Part shown: positions 37,442 to 47,552 of the stretch, piece after piece
How the letters are laid out: every line of letters starts with the position of its first letter
Numbering within the stretch: the stretch's first letter is position 1
Origin: Allosphingosinicella sp.
GTDB taxonomy: Bacteria > Pseudomonadota > Alphaproteobacteria > Sphingomonadales > Sphingomonadaceae
DNA length: 64,000 nucleotides
Assembly: GCF_046295735.1 (NCBI RefSeq)
Contig: NZ_JBKBMQ010000001.1
Location: 207,254 to 271,253, forward strand
Direction: 5' to 3'
Made by a program: the position numbers and the translations under genes
Notes under the pieces: generated by a model
Told to the model about the DNA's origin: nothing
What the model saw: only the letters and a program-made list of their open reading frames with translations
Database searches by the model: none

Positions 37442-38176
37442 TCAGCGGGCGCGGCGGGCGGTGACGAAATAATCGAGCGACTTGTCGTCGGTGAGCGCGA
37501 AGCCGCGGGTGACGGAGAAGCCGAGGCCGGTCGTGTCGACCACCTCCAGCCCCGCCTCGCGCAGCAGCGCGCACAGCTCCTCCGGCGTCAGGAACTTCTC
37601 CCAGTCGTGCGTGCCGCGCGGGATCTGGCCCGTGCCTTCGCCAATCACGATCATCAGCAGCCGCGACAGAGTGGTGCGGTTGGGCGTCGACAGGATGAGG
37701 AGCCCGTCCTCGTCCAGGTTGCGGGCGAGGCCCCGCACGAAGGCGGCGGGATCGGCGACATGTTCGATCACCTCCAGCGAGCAGACGAGATCGTAGGGCC
37801 CGGCGAGCGCCTCGACCCCGCCCACGCGATAGTCGATCTCCAGTCCCTGACCCGCGGCGTGGATGCGTGCCGCCTCGATATTCTCGGGCGCGGCGTCGAC
37901 GGCGGTCACCCCGGCACCGAGCCGGGCGAGCGGTTCCGCCAGCAGGCCGGCGCCGCAGCCGACATCGGCCGCCTTGCGCCCCTCGAGCGGGCGGCGGCTG
38001 GTCTCGTCGAGACCCCAGTGGCGGTCGAGCTGCGCGCGGATATAGCCGAGCCGCACCGGGTTCAGCCGGTGGAGCATCGCCGAAGAGCCCTTGGGGTCCC
38101 ACCAGTCGGCCGCCAGCCGGCCGAAATGCGCGGCTTCCCGCGGATCGATCGTGGTCGGGTCGCTTGCATGTGCCAT
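37442..38176 (-). CDS. ubiG: Ubiquinone biosynthesis O-methyltransferase UbiG
   Basis: WWDPKG...LHRLNPVRL, DVGCGAGLL, CSLEVIEHV, STPNRT, GTHDWEKF. Confidence 0.95.
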   Translation of the reverse strand: MAHASDPTTIDPREAAHFGRLAADWWDPKGSSAMLHRLNPVRLGYIRAQLDRHWGLDETSRRPLEGRKAADVGCGAGLLAEPLARLGAGVTAVDAAPENIEAARIHAAGQGLEIDYRVGGVEALAGPYDLVCSLEVIEHVADPAAFVRGLARNLDEDGLLILSTPNRTTLSRLLMIVIGEGTGQIPRGTHDWEKFLTPEELCALLREAGLEVVDTTGLGFSVTRGFALTDDKSLDYFVTARRAR

Positions 38177-38238
38177 GGGCCGCTCCTATCAGTGCGGCGC
38201 CTTCAATCCCACTCCAATCGGACAGGTTCCCCGCGCTT

Positions 38239-39480
38239 ATGCTCCGCATCGTGATGAAGTTCGGCGGCACGTCGATGGCGGGGATCGAGCGCATCCGCCA
38301 CGTCGCCAATCTGGTGAAGCGCGAAGCCGAGCGCGGCAACCAGGTCGCCGTCGTCGTGTCGGCGATGGCCGGCGAGACCGACCGGCTGGTCCAGCTGTGC
38401 CGCGAGGCCGCCTCGCTCTACGACCCGCGCGAATATGACGTCGTGGTGGCGAGCGGCGAGCAGGTGACGAGCGGCCTCCTCGCCATCACGCTGCAGGGCA
38501 TGGGGCTCAACGCCCGTTCTTACATGGGCTGGCAACTCCCGATCCGGACCACCGCCGCCCATGCCTCGGCGCTGATCGACGGCATCGACGTCGACGTGCT
38601 GGAACGCGTGTTCGGCGAAAGCGGGATCGCCGTCATCCCCGGCTTCCAGGGCGTCGCCGCCGACGGCAGCGTCGCGACGCTCGGCCGTGGCGGATCGGAC
38701 ACCTCTGCGGTCGCGCTGGCCGCCGCGATGAAGGCCGACCGCTGCGACATCTATACCGACGTCGACGGCGTCTACACCACCGACCCCCGCATCGTGCCGC
38801 GCGCGCGCAAGCTTTCCGCCATCACGTATGAGGAGATGCTGGAGCTCGCCTCGGTCGGCGCCAAGGTCCTCCAGACCCGCTCGGTCGGGCTCGCCATGCG
38901 CTACAACATGCCCATTCAGGTCCTCTCCTCCTTCGAGGACCGGCCCGGCACCATGGTCGTCGGCGACGACCGGATCGAGGATTACAAGATGGAACGCCAG
39001 CTCATCACCGGCATCGCCTACGACAAGAACGAGGCGCGGATCACGCTGACCGGCGTGCCCGACCGGCCCGGGTCGGTGGCCGCGATTTTCGCGCCGCTGG
39101 CCGAGGCGAACGTCAATGTCGACATGATCGTCCAGTCGGTGCCGCGCGCCGGCGAGCGCTCCGACCTCACCTTCACCGTCCCGACCGCCAGCCTCGCCCA
39201 TTCCAAGGCGCTGCTTGAAGGGGTCCGGGAGGAGGTCGGTTTCCAGGAGATATTGACCGACACCGACGTCGTGAAGGTGAGCGCGGTCGGCGTCGGCATG
39301 CGCTCCAACGCCGGCATCGCCGCCCAGATGTTCAAGGCGTTGGCGGGGCGCGGCATCAACATCATCGCCATCACCACTTCGGAGATCAAAGTCAGCGTGC
39401 TGATCCCGGAGGAATATACCGAACTCGCCGTGCGCGTCCTCCACACCACCTACGGCCTCGACGCGGAGGCGGCGGAATGA
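38239..39480 (+). CDS. lysC: Aspartate kinase
   Basis: VMKFGGTS, VVVSAMAG, TLGRGGSDTSA, IYTDVDG, two ACT domains, TSEIKVS. Confidence 0.96.
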   Translation: MLRIVMKFGGTSMAGIERIRHVANLVKREAERGNQVAVVVSAMAGETDRLVQLCREAASLYDPREYDVVVASGEQVTSGLLAITLQGMGLNARSYMGWQLPIRTTAAHASALIDGIDVDVLERVFGESGIAVIPGFQGVAADGSVATLGRGGSDTSAVALAAAMKADRCDIYTDVDGVYTTDPRIVPRARKLSAITYEEMLELASVGAKVLQTRSVGLAMRYNMPIQVLSSFEDRPGTMVVGDDRIEDYKMERQLITGIAYDKNEARITLTGVPDRPGSVAAIFAPLAEANVNVDMIVQSVPRAGERSDLTFTVPTASLAHSKALLEGVREEVGFQEILTDTDVVKVSAVGVGMRSNAGIAAQMFKALAGRGINIIAITTSEIKVSVLIPEEYTELAVRVLHTTYGLDAEAAE

Positions 39481-40511
39481 GCGTCTGGAAGGACACGACC
39501 GGCCACGACCGCCTCCGCCGGCTGATGGGCCGCGGGGCCGGGTTCCTCGGCTGCGAGGTCGCCGTCATGGGCGGGGCGATGAGCTGGATCTCGGAGCGCA
39601 ACCTCGTCTCCGCCATCTCCAATGCCGGCGGGTTCGGCGTGATCGCCTGCGGAGCGATGACGCCCGAGTTGCTCGACACCGAGATCGCCGAGACAAGGGC
39701 GCGCACCGATCGCCCGTTCGGCGTCAACCTCATCACCATGCACCCGCAGCTGTCCGATCTGATCGACGTGTGCGGCCGCCATGGCGTCGGCCATATCGTG
39801 CTGGCGGGCGGCCTTCCGCCGGCGGGGTCGATCGACCGGATCAAGGCGACCGGCGCGAAGCTCATCTGCTTCGCGCCCGCGCTGGCGCTGGCGAAGAAGC
39901 TGATCCGCTCCGGCGTCGACGCGCTGGTGATCGAGGGGATGGAGGCGGGCGGTCATATCGGCCCGGTCTCGACCTCGGTGCTCGCGCAGGAAATCCTGCC
40001 CGACGTGGCGGCCGACATCCCGGTGTTCGTCGCCGGCGGGATCGGCCGCGGCGGCCTCATCGCCGGCTATCTCGAAATGGGCGCGGCGGGCGTGCAGCTC
40101 GGCACCCGCTTCGTCTGCGCCCACGAATGCATCGCCCATCCCAATTTCAAGAAGGCGTTCATTCGCGCCTCGGCCCGCGATGCCGTCACCAGCGTCCAGG
40201 TCGATCCGCGCCTTCCGGTGATCCCGGTCCGCGCGCTCAAGAACCGCGAGATGGAGGCGTTCGCCGCCAAGCAGCGCGAAGTCGCCGGCCTGCTCGACGG
40301 CGGCCAGGTCGAAATGGCGGAGGCGCAGCTCCAGATCGAACATTATTGGGCCGGCGCGCTGCGCCGCGCCGTGATCGACGGCGACGTCGAAACCGGCTCC
40401 GTTATGGCCGGCCAGTCGGTCGGCATGGTGAAGCAGGAACAGGCCACCGCCGACATCATCCAGGAACTGGTCGACCAGGCGGCGCAGGCGCTGGAGCGGC
40501 GCGCGGGCTAG
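39477..40511 (+). CDS. Nitronate monooxygenase / FabK-like flavin oxidoreductase
   Basis: MGGAMSW, EGMEAGGHIG, VAGGIG, GVQLGTRF, MAGQSVG. Confidence 0.88.
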   Translation: MSVWKDTTGHDRLRRLMGRGAGFLGCEVAVMGGAMSWISERNLVSAISNAGGFGVIACGAMTPELLDTEIAETRARTDRPFGVNLITMHPQLSDLIDVCGRHGVGHIVLAGGLPPAGSIDRIKATGAKLICFAPALALAKKLIRSGVDALVIEGMEAGGHIGPVSTSVLAQEILPDVAADIPVFVAGGIGRGGLIAGYLEMGAAGVQLGTRFVCAHECIAHPNFKKAFIRASARDAVTSVQVDPRLPVIPVRALKNREMEAFAAKQREVAGLLDGGQVEMAEAQLQIEHYWAGALRRAVIDGDVETGSVMAGQSVGMVKQEQATADIIQELVDQAAQALERRAG

Positions 40512-40587
40512 GCTCGTCTTTTCAGGCGCTGCCCTCGCTTCATTTTCGCAGTGGCCCCCGCCGCCTCCCATCTGTTAGGCAGCGGCC

Positions 40588-42861
40588 ATGCCGACCAGTT
40601 CCGCCGCATCCGCTCGCGAGATCCTGACCGGGCTTCACGACGTCATGGCCGCCAAATCGGGCGCGCAGGCGAAGCTCAACCGGGTGGTGCGCATCATCGC
40701 CGAGGCGATGTCGAGCGAGGTCTGCTCCATCTACCTGCTGCGCGACGGCGCGCTGGAGCTGTTCGCGACGGTCGGGCTCAACCAGAGCGCCGTCCATGTC
40801 ACCAAGCTCGCGCTCGGCGAGGGCCTGGTCGGCACCATCGCCGAGCAGGTGGCGGTGCTGAACCTCGACGAGGCGAGCCGCCATCCCGAATTCGCCTATC
40901 GGCCCGAGACGGGCGAGGAGCTGTTCCACAGCTTCGCCGGCGTGCCCATCGTCCGGCGGGAGCGGGCGATCGGCGTCCTGTGCGTCCAGCATGCCGATCC
41001 GCGCGCCTATGACGAGCTGGAGATCGAGGCGCTGCAGACGGTGGCGATGGTGCTCTCCGAGCTGATCGCCGGCGCCGGCCTGGTCGACGATGCCGGCGCC
41101 GCCGCGCTGTCGAAGAGCGAATCCGGCGCGCTGCGGCTCAACGGGCTGAAGCTGGTGACCGGCATGGGCCGCGGCCAGGCGGTGTTCCATCAGCCCCGCA
41201 TCGTCATCGAGCATACGGTGGCGGAGGACATCGAGGCGGAGCGCCACCGCGTCTATTCCGCCTTCCGCAAGATGCGCGAGCAGATCGACCAGATGACCAA
41301 CCTCGCCGAATTCGGCGTGGGCGGCGAGCATCAGGAGATTCTCGAGACCTACAAGATGTTCGCGTACGATGAGGGCTGGTCGCGGCGCATCAACGAGGCG
41401 ATCGACAGCGGCCTCACCGCCGAGGCGGCGATCGAGCGCGTCCGCCAGCGCACCGCGATGCGGATGCGCCAGATCGACGATCCGCTGCTGCAGGAGCGGA
41501 TGCACGACCTCGACGATCTCGCCAACCGGCTGCTGCGCATCGTCTCCGGCCAGCTCGGCACGGCGGCACAGACAGGCCTGCCGCACGATGCGATCCTCAT
41601 CGCCCGCAATCTCGGACCCGCCGAGCTCCTTGAATATGACCGCCGCAAGCTCAAGGGCGTGATCCTGGAGGAAGGGTCGCTGACCGCCCACGTCACCATC
41701 GTCGCCCGGGCGATGGGCGTGCCGATGCTCGGCCGGGTGCGCGACATCCGGCGCCGGATCGGCGAAGGCGACGCGCTGCTCCTCGACGGGGGCGAAGGCG
41801 TCGCCTTCGTCCGGCCGACCCCGCCGATGGAGGAAGCGTTCGAGGCCAAGCTGCTCGTCAGCCAGAAGCGGCGGGCCGAATATGCGGCGCTCCGCGACGC
41901 CGCGCCCGTCACGCGCGACGGCGAGCGCATCACCTTGATGGTGAATGCGGGCCTGCGCGACGACGTGGCGGCGCTCGACGTCACCGGCGCCGACGGCATC
42001 GGCCTGTTCCGCACCGAATTCCAGTTCCTGGTGTCTGCGGCGCTGCCGCGCAAGGACAGCCAGTTCCGCCTCTACCGCTCGGTGCTGGAAGCCGCGGGCG
42101 ACAAGCCGGTCATCTTCCGCACCGTCGATATCGGCGGCGACAAGGTGCTGCCCTACATCAAGGCGGACGAGGCGAACGACGAGAATCCGGCGATGGGCTG
42201 GCGCGCGCTGCGCCTGGCGCTGGAGCGCGACGGGCTGATGAAGGTGCAGGCGCGGGCGCTGCTGGAGGCGGCGGCGGGGCGCGAGCTCAACGTCATGTTC
42301 CCGATGATCTCCGAGCCCTGGGAGTTCGACGAGGCCAAGGCTTTGTTCGAGAGCCAGCGGCAATGGCTGGCCGAGCGGCGCAAGCTGCTGCCGAGCCAGG
42401 TCCGCTACGGGGCGATGCTGGAGGTGCCGGCCCTGGCCGAAGTGCTCGACGTCCTGCTGCCGCGCCTCGACTTCCTGTCGATCGGCACCAACGACCTCAC
42501 CCAGTTCCTGTTCGCCGCCGACCGGTCGAACCCCAAGCTCGCCGAACGCTACGACTGGCTGTCGCCCGCCATCCTGCGCTTCCTGCGCCGCATCGTCCGC
42601 GAGGCTCATGCCCATGAAGTGCCGATCGGCATTTGCGGGGAAATGGGCGGCCGGACTCTGGAGGCGATGGCGCTGATCGGGATCGGCATCCGCCGCCTGT
42701 CGATCACGCCGGTCGCGGTCGGCCCGATCAAGGCGATGATTCGCTCGCTGGACCGGCGCGCGGTGATGGCGGAGCTCGACCGCCTGCTCGACGCGCCGAA
42801 CGGAGAGCTGCGCGCGCAACTCGGCTCATGGGCGGAAAAGAACGGCATATCGATAGGCTGA
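40588..42861 (+). CDS. ptsP: PTS(Ntr) enzyme I with N-terminal GAF domain
   Basis: GAF domain, GSLTAHVTIVAR phospho-His, GIGLFRTEF, ENPAMGWR, SIGTNDLTQF, ICGEMG. Confidence 0.96.
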   Translation: MPTSSAASAREILTGLHDVMAAKSGAQAKLNRVVRIIAEAMSSEVCSIYLLRDGALELFATVGLNQSAVHVTKLALGEGLVGTIAEQVAVLNLDEASRHPEFAYRPETGEELFHSFAGVPIVRRERAIGVLCVQHADPRAYDELEIEALQTVAMVLSELIAGAGLVDDAGAAALSKSESGALRLNGLKLVTGMGRGQAVFHQPRIVIEHTVAEDIEAERHRVYSAFRKMREQIDQMTNLAEFGVGGEHQEILETYKMFAYDEGWSRRINEAIDSGLTAEAAIERVRQRTAMRMRQIDDPLLQERMHDLDDLANRLLRIVSGQLGTAAQTGLPHDAILIARNLGPAELLEYDRRKLKGVILEEGSLTAHVTIVARAMGVPMLGRVRDIRRRIGEGDALLLDGGEGVAFVRPTPPMEEAFEAKLLVSQKRRAEYAALRDAAPVTRDGERITLMVNAGLRDDVAALDVTGADGIGLFRTEFQFLVSAALPRKDSQFRLYRSVLEAAGDKPVIFRTVDIGGDKVLPYIKADEANDENPAMGWRALRLALERDGLMKVQARALLEAAAGRELNVMFPMISEPWEFDEAKALFESQRQWLAERRKLLPSQVRYGAMLEVPALAEVLDVLLPRLDFLSIGTNDLTQFLFAADRSNPKLAERYDWLSPAILRFLRRIVREAHAHEVPIGICGEMGGRTLEAMALIGIGIRRLSITPVAVGPIKAMIRSLDRRAVMAELDRLLDAPNGELRAQLGSWAEKNGISIG

Positions 42862-42953
42862 ACCTATTCGCGGCCCGGCGGTTGCCGAGGGGAGCCGCGG
42901 TTGACATTGGCGGCGCGCTGCTATGACATGGCCCAAAGCGGGCGCGAGGACGA

Positions 42954-43808
42954 ATGACCGAAGGATTGCGGCCCGAATATCATGACGCGCTGGGGGATGT
43001 TGCTTCGATGGCGGAACTGAACGAGGGACCGGTGCCGGGCGACGCCGTTCCGATCGGCGAGCGGCTGCGCCGCGCGCGCGAGGCGAAGGGGATGACGATC
43101 GACGAGGTCGCCGCCCAGACCCGCATTCCCACCCGCCACCTCCTCCATATCGAAGACGGCAACTGGCAGGCGCTCCCGGCGATCACCTACAGCGTCGGTT
43201 TCGCGCGGGCCTATGCCAATGCCGTCGGCCTCGACGGCGCGCGCATCGGCCTCGAGCTGCGCGACCAGCTGGGCGCGGGGCCGAAGCCCACCGTCCCGCC
43301 CGAATATTACGAGCCGGCCGATCCGGCGCGGGTGCCGCCGCGCTGGCTGATCGTCACCGCCGTCCTGATCGCGGCGCTGCTGGTCGGCGCCTATCTGATC
43401 TTCCGAAGCAATGTCGGCGCGCTTCCGGACGAGGGCGTCCCGGTCGCCGAGGCCCCCGCTCCCGTCGATCCCGCCGCGCAGGCGCCCGAGCCGGCGGCGC
43501 CCGCCGGCCCCGTATTGGGCCAGGACCGCACCGTCACGCTGAACGCGACCGCCCCGGTGTGGCTGCGCATCTCCGATGAAGGCGGCCGCACCCTGGTGGA
43601 GCGCACGCTCGCGGCCGGCGAGACTTTGCAGGTGCCGGCGGAGGCGCAGCGGCCGGTGCTGCGCGTCGGCGCTCCGGAGGCGCTGCAGGTGCGCGTCGGG
43701 CAGACGCAGATCCCGCAGCTCGGCCCCGGCGGACGCCCGGTCGGCAATGTCAGCCTCTTGCCCGAGGATCTGATCGCCCGCGCGCAGGGCGCCGCGCCGG
43801 CGCAGTAA
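42954..43808 (+). CDS. rodZ: RodZ-like protein (HTH, TM, DUF4115)
   Basis: IGERLRRAREAKG, IEDGNWQALP, YSVGFARAYA, TM; start could be 43008. Confidence 0.85.
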   Translation: MTEGLRPEYHDALGDVASMAELNEGPVPGDAVPIGERLRRAREAKGMTIDEVAAQTRIPTRHLLHIEDGNWQALPAITYSVGFARAYANAVGLDGARIGLELRDQLGAGPKPTVPPEYYEPADPARVPPRWLIVTAVLIAALLVGAYLIFRSNVGALPDEGVPVAEAPAPVDPAAQAPEPAAPAGPVLGQDRTVTLNATAPVWLRISDEGGRTLVERTLAAGETLQVPAEAQRPVLRVGAPEALQVRVGQTQIPQLGPGGRPVGNVSLLPEDLIARAQGAAPAQ

Positions 43809-43878
43809 ACGCTTAATGCTGGCGACAGCCCACCCTTCCTAATAGAAGGGACGGGAGAGCCATTCGCGGGGATAAGTC

Positions 43879-44796
43879 ATGCGTTTTCATCTTCTTGCCT
43901 TGGTCCTGCTTGCCGGGACGGCGGCGCCGGCCGTTGCCCAGTCGCCGGCGGTGGAACGTCGGATCGACCGGCTGGAGCAGGAAATGCGCGCCGTGCAGCG
44001 CCGCGTCTTCCCCGGAGGCGCCGGAGCGGTGGTGGAGCCCGAGATCCGGCCGGAGCAGCAGCAGCCGCTGCAGCCGGGCGGCGCGACCGGCAACGCTTTG
44101 TCCGCGCTCAATGCCCGCGTCGACGCGCTCGAGGCGCAGCTGCGCACGCTGACCGGACAGACCGAAGAGAACAGCCATCGCATCCGCCAGCTCGAAGAGG
44201 CGCTGAGCCGCTTCCAGCGCGACACCGAAAGCCGGCTGAGCGCGGCCGAGCGCGCCGCCGCCGCGCCGGTCGCCCAGGCACCGGTCGCCGCGCCGCCCGC
44301 GGCCGGCGGACAGAGCCCTGCCCCGCGCCCGGCCACCAACACGTCCGCCACGAACACGCCCGCGGCGAACGCGCCGGCCGCCGGCACCGCCGCCACGCCG
44401 GCCGCCGATCCGGCGCAGGAGGCCTATAATGCCGGCTATCGCCTGTGGGAGCAGCGCCGGTTCCAGGAGGCGCAGCAGGCGCTGGAAGCGGCCGCCGCGG
44501 CCCATCCCAACAGCCGCTGGGCAAGCTGGTCGCGCAATCTCGCCGGCCGCGCCTATCTGGACGACAACAAGCCCGCCACCGCCGCGCGCATCCTGCTCGC
44601 CAATTATCAGGACAATCCGCGCGGCGAGCGCGCCGCCGACAGCCTGTTCTTCCTCGGCCAGGCGCTGGTCCAGCTCGGCCGCCGGCCCGAGGCCTGCCGC
44701 GTCTATGACGAGCTGCAGGAAGTCTATCCGAACATGCGCGACTGGCTGCGCCAGCGCCTGCCCGAAGCCCGCCGCAACGCCCGCTGCACGAACTGA
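43879..44796 (+). CDS. cpoB: CpoB/YbgF-like periplasmic coiled-coil and TPR protein
   Basis: Signal peptide, LRTLTGQTEEN coiled coil, TPR (AYNAGY, AADSLFFLG). Confidence 0.75.
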   Translation: MRFHLLALVLLAGTAAPAVAQSPAVERRIDRLEQEMRAVQRRVFPGGAGAVVEPEIRPEQQQPLQPGGATGNALSALNARVDALEAQLRTLTGQTEENSHRIRQLEEALSRFQRDTESRLSAAERAAAAPVAQAPVAAPPAAGGQSPAPRPATNTSATNTPAANAPAAGTAATPAADPAQEAYNAGYRLWEQRRFQEAQQALEAAAAAHPNSRWASWSRNLAGRAYLDDNKPATAARILLANYQDNPRGERAADSLFFLGQALVQLGRRPEACRVYDELQEVYPNMRDWLRQRLPEARRNARCTN

Positions 44797-44800
44797 GTAG

Positions 44801-45613
44801 CTAGCGGCCGCGGGCCGCGCGGAGTTCGGCGATTTCGGCCCGGAGCGCCGCCATCTCCTGCGTCAGTTCCTTGATCGGCAAGGGCGAGGGCGGCTCCTCC
44901 CCTTCCGTCATCGCGGTCACGATGATCGCGATGAACAGGTTCAGCACCATGAAGGAAGTGACGAGGATGAAGGGCACGAAGAACAGCCAGGCGTTCGGTT
45001 CCACTTCCATCACCGGCCGCACGATGCCCATCGACCAGCTTTCCAGCGTCATGATCTGGAAGAGCGAGTAGAGCGAGGCGCCGATCGAGCCGAACCATTC
45101 GGGGAAAGCGGGGCCGAACAGCTTCGTCGCGATGACGGACGACACGTAGAAGACGAGCGCGAGCAGCAGCACCACCGATCCCATCGCCGGGATCGCGCGC
45201 AGCAGCCCTTCGACCACCTTGCGCATCGACGGAACGACCGAGATGAGCCGCATCGCCCTCAGGATACGGAGCGCGCGCAGCACGGCCAGCCCGCCGCCCG
45301 CCGGCATCAGCGCGATGGCGACGATGATGAAATCGAACCAGTTCCAGCCGCCGCGGAAGAAGCGCCAGCCGTAGGCGAACAGCTTCAGCCCGATCTCCAC
45401 CACGAAGATGCCGAGCGCGATCCGGTCGAGGAGCATCAGGAACGCGCCGGCCCTGGCCATCGCGGCGGGCGAGGTTTCGAAGCCGATTACCACCGCGTTG
45501 ACGAGGATGACGGCGATGATGAAATTCTGGAATCGCGCGCTTTCGACCAGCCGCTGGACGCGCGCCCGTAGCGTGCGCCCGGCCGCGCCGGCGTCGGGCA
45601 TTGGATTGTTCAT
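44801..45613 (-). CDS. Bacterial voltage-gated sodium channel (BacNav)
   Basis: 6 TMs, WNWFDFIIV, S4 LRALRILRAMRL, selectivity filter TLESWSM, C-terminal coiled coil. Confidence 0.9.
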   Translation of the reverse strand: MNNPMPDAGAAGRTLRARVQRLVESARFQNFIIAVILVNAVVIGFETSPAAMARAGAFLMLLDRIALGIFVVEIGLKLFAYGWRFFRGGWNWFDFIIVAIALMPAGGGLAVLRALRILRAMRLISVVPSMRKVVEGLLRAIPAMGSVVLLLALVFYVSSVIATKLFGPAFPEWFGSIGASLYSLFQIMTLESWSMGIVRPVMEVEPNAWLFFVPFILVTSFMVLNLFIAIIVTAMTEGEEPPSPLPIKELTQEMAALRAEIAELRAARGR

Positions 45614-45699
45614 CGCTGTCGTGGCTCCGGCTTTGGTCGTTCCCCGTCGTCACGCTGATTAGGGAGGGGCTCGGCCCGCTTCAAGAAGGGCGGGGCGGA

Positions 45700-46344
45700 T
45701 CAGTAGATATAGCCTTCCCGTTCCCGGAACTCGCGGTCGCCCGAGATGTCGCCGGGCGGTGCGGCGCGCGGCGCGGCGGCCGGGCGCGGCATGGCACGCG
45801 GCGCCGCCTTGGGCGGCTCCGGCACGGCGAGGACGGGAGCGGGCGGCGGCACCGCGGCCTGGGCGGGCGGCGCTCCGGCGAGGCCGATCGCGGCGCCGGC
45901 GCGGGCGAAGAAGGCCTCGGCCGCGCTCGGCGGCGATTCCGCCATCTCCTCCACCTCGACCGCCAACCCGGGCGGAGCGATCGCGGCGAGCCGGCCGGAC
46001 GCCACCGCGATCAGCGCGAGGCCGAGCACCAAAGCCGCCGCCCACCCGGTCCAGGCCGCCATGCCGAGCGCGAAGCGGCGCGGCGGCGGGGACCAGGCCT
46101 CGCGGATCTGGCCCTGCGCCGCCAGCCACATCCTGTGGTCGTAGTCGGCGCGGCGGGTGGGATCCTTCAGCACGGCATAAGCGGCGTTGATGCGGGTGGC
46201 GGCGCGGCCGGCCTGTCCGTCGCCCGCCTGGTCGGGATGATATTTCTTCATCAGCGCGCGATAGGCGGCCTCGATCACCACCTCTTCGGCGCCCGGAGTG
46301 ACGCCGAGCACATCGTACAGGCTGGTCCCGCCGTGCTTGCTCAT
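45700..46344 (-). CDS. J-domain protein with TM and Pro/Ala-rich tail
   Basis: LYDVLGV, YRALMKKYHPD, INAAYAVLKDP. Confidence 0.82.
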   Translation of the reverse strand: MSKHGGTSLYDVLGVTPGAEEVVIEAAYRALMKKYHPDQAGDGQAGRAATRINAAYAVLKDPTRRADYDHRMWLAAQGQIREAWSPPPRRFALGMAAWTGWAAALVLGLALIAVASGRLAAIAPPGLAVEVEEMAESPPSAAEAFFARAGAAIGLAGAPPAQAAVPPPAPVLAVPEPPKAAPRAMPRPAAAPRAAPPGDISGDREFREREGYIY

Positions 46345-46405
46345 CGCAGCTCCGGTAATGGCCGAGACGGCAAGGATTTTCCAGCCAGGAAATGCGCAGC
46401 GCCGC

Positions 46406-47404
46406 TCAGGGCGCCGCCAGCAATGCGTCGCGCCGGGACAGAAGCTCGCCGAGAGGCGGCAGCGCCTCGGCGTCCGGGACCGACGCCGCTCCGAGCCGCG
46501 CCGCCGCCTCCGGCCCGATCGGCGGCAGCGCGACGGCGATCGCCTCTGCCTCGTCCAGCCGGCCGGAACAGTGGAGGGCGAGATCGCAGCCCGCCGCCAG
46601 CACGCCCCGGGCGCGCTCGGCCGGGGTGCCGGACAGCGCGCCCATGCCGATATCGTCGGAGAGGAGCAGGCCGTCGAATCCGATCGCGCCGCGAATCACC
46701 TGCTCGATCACCGCCGCCGACAGGCTGGCGGGCCGCGCCGCGTCCCAACTGGCATAAGCGACATGGGCGACCATGCCGATCCGCGCCCGCGCCGCCAGCC
46801 GCCGGAAGGGGAGGAGATCGGCCGCCATCGCCTCTGCGGCGGCGGCGACGCGCGGCAGCTCGCCATGGCTGTCCGCCGTCGCCCGGCCATGGCCGGGCAT
46901 GTGCTTCATCACGCCCGCGACGCCCGCCGCCGCCAACCCGTCCAGCACCGCCCGGCCGAGCGACGCGGCCGCCACCGGATCGGCGCCGAAGGCGCGGTCG
47001 CCGATCACGTCGTGGCCGCCCGCAAGGTCGAGCACCGGCGCGCAGGCGACGTTCAGCCCCGAGCCGCGGAGCGTCGCCCCCATCGCCATGGCGTTGAGCC
47101 GGGCCGCTTCGATCGCCGTCATCGGCGCGTGGGCGTAGAGCGCTCCGAAGCGCGCCGGGGCGGGAAAAGCGGGCCACGCCGGCGGCCCGAGCCGCGCCAC
47201 CCGCCCGCCTTCCTGATCGACCAGGAGGAGGAGCCCGGCGCGGCCGGACAGGTCGCGCAGCGTGTCGGTGAGGGCGCGAAGCTGCTCCGGATCGCGGCAG
47301 TTGCGGGCGAAGAGGATGTAGCCGGCCGGATCGGCGGCGCGGAAGAAGGCGCATTCGTCGGCGGTCAGGACCGGGCCGGACAGGCCGAAGATGACGGGAA
47401 GCAT
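46406..47404 (-). CDS. nagZ: Beta-N-acetylhexosaminidase (GH3)
   Basis: LVDQEGGRVARL, KHMPGHG, DSH, SDDIGM. Confidence 0.92.
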   Translation of the reverse strand: MLPVIFGLSGPVLTADECAFFRAADPAGYILFARNCRDPEQLRALTDTLRDLSGRAGLLLLVDQEGGRVARLGPPAWPAFPAPARFGALYAHAPMTAIEAARLNAMAMGATLRGSGLNVACAPVLDLAGGHDVIGDRAFGADPVAAASLGRAVLDGLAAAGVAGVMKHMPGHGRATADSHGELPRVAAAAEAMAADLLPFRRLAARARIGMVAHVAYASWDAARPASLSAAVIEQVIRGAIGFDGLLLSDDIGMGALSGTPAERARGVLAAGCDLALHCSGRLDEAEAIAVALPPIGPEAAARLGAASVPDAEALPPLGELLSRRDALLAAP

Positions 47405-47462
47405 AGGGGCTCCCTGTAGCAGAGGCCGCCGCCCGCCGTCAGCGGCTTTCCCCAATCGCGGC

Positions 47463-47477
47463 GTAACCGCTTCTTAA
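47463..47477 (+). promoter_or_regulatory. Probable CtrA box upstream of PilZ gene
   Basis: GTAA-CCGCTTC-TTAA (one mismatch to TTAA-N7-TTAA). Confidence 0.55.
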
Positions 47478-47552
47478 ACCGTTCTTCTGCTACAACGACG
47501 CTGCCCGAGGGAGGTGGGGAAGGCGATTTCCCCGTGGGCGATGGGGAAGATC

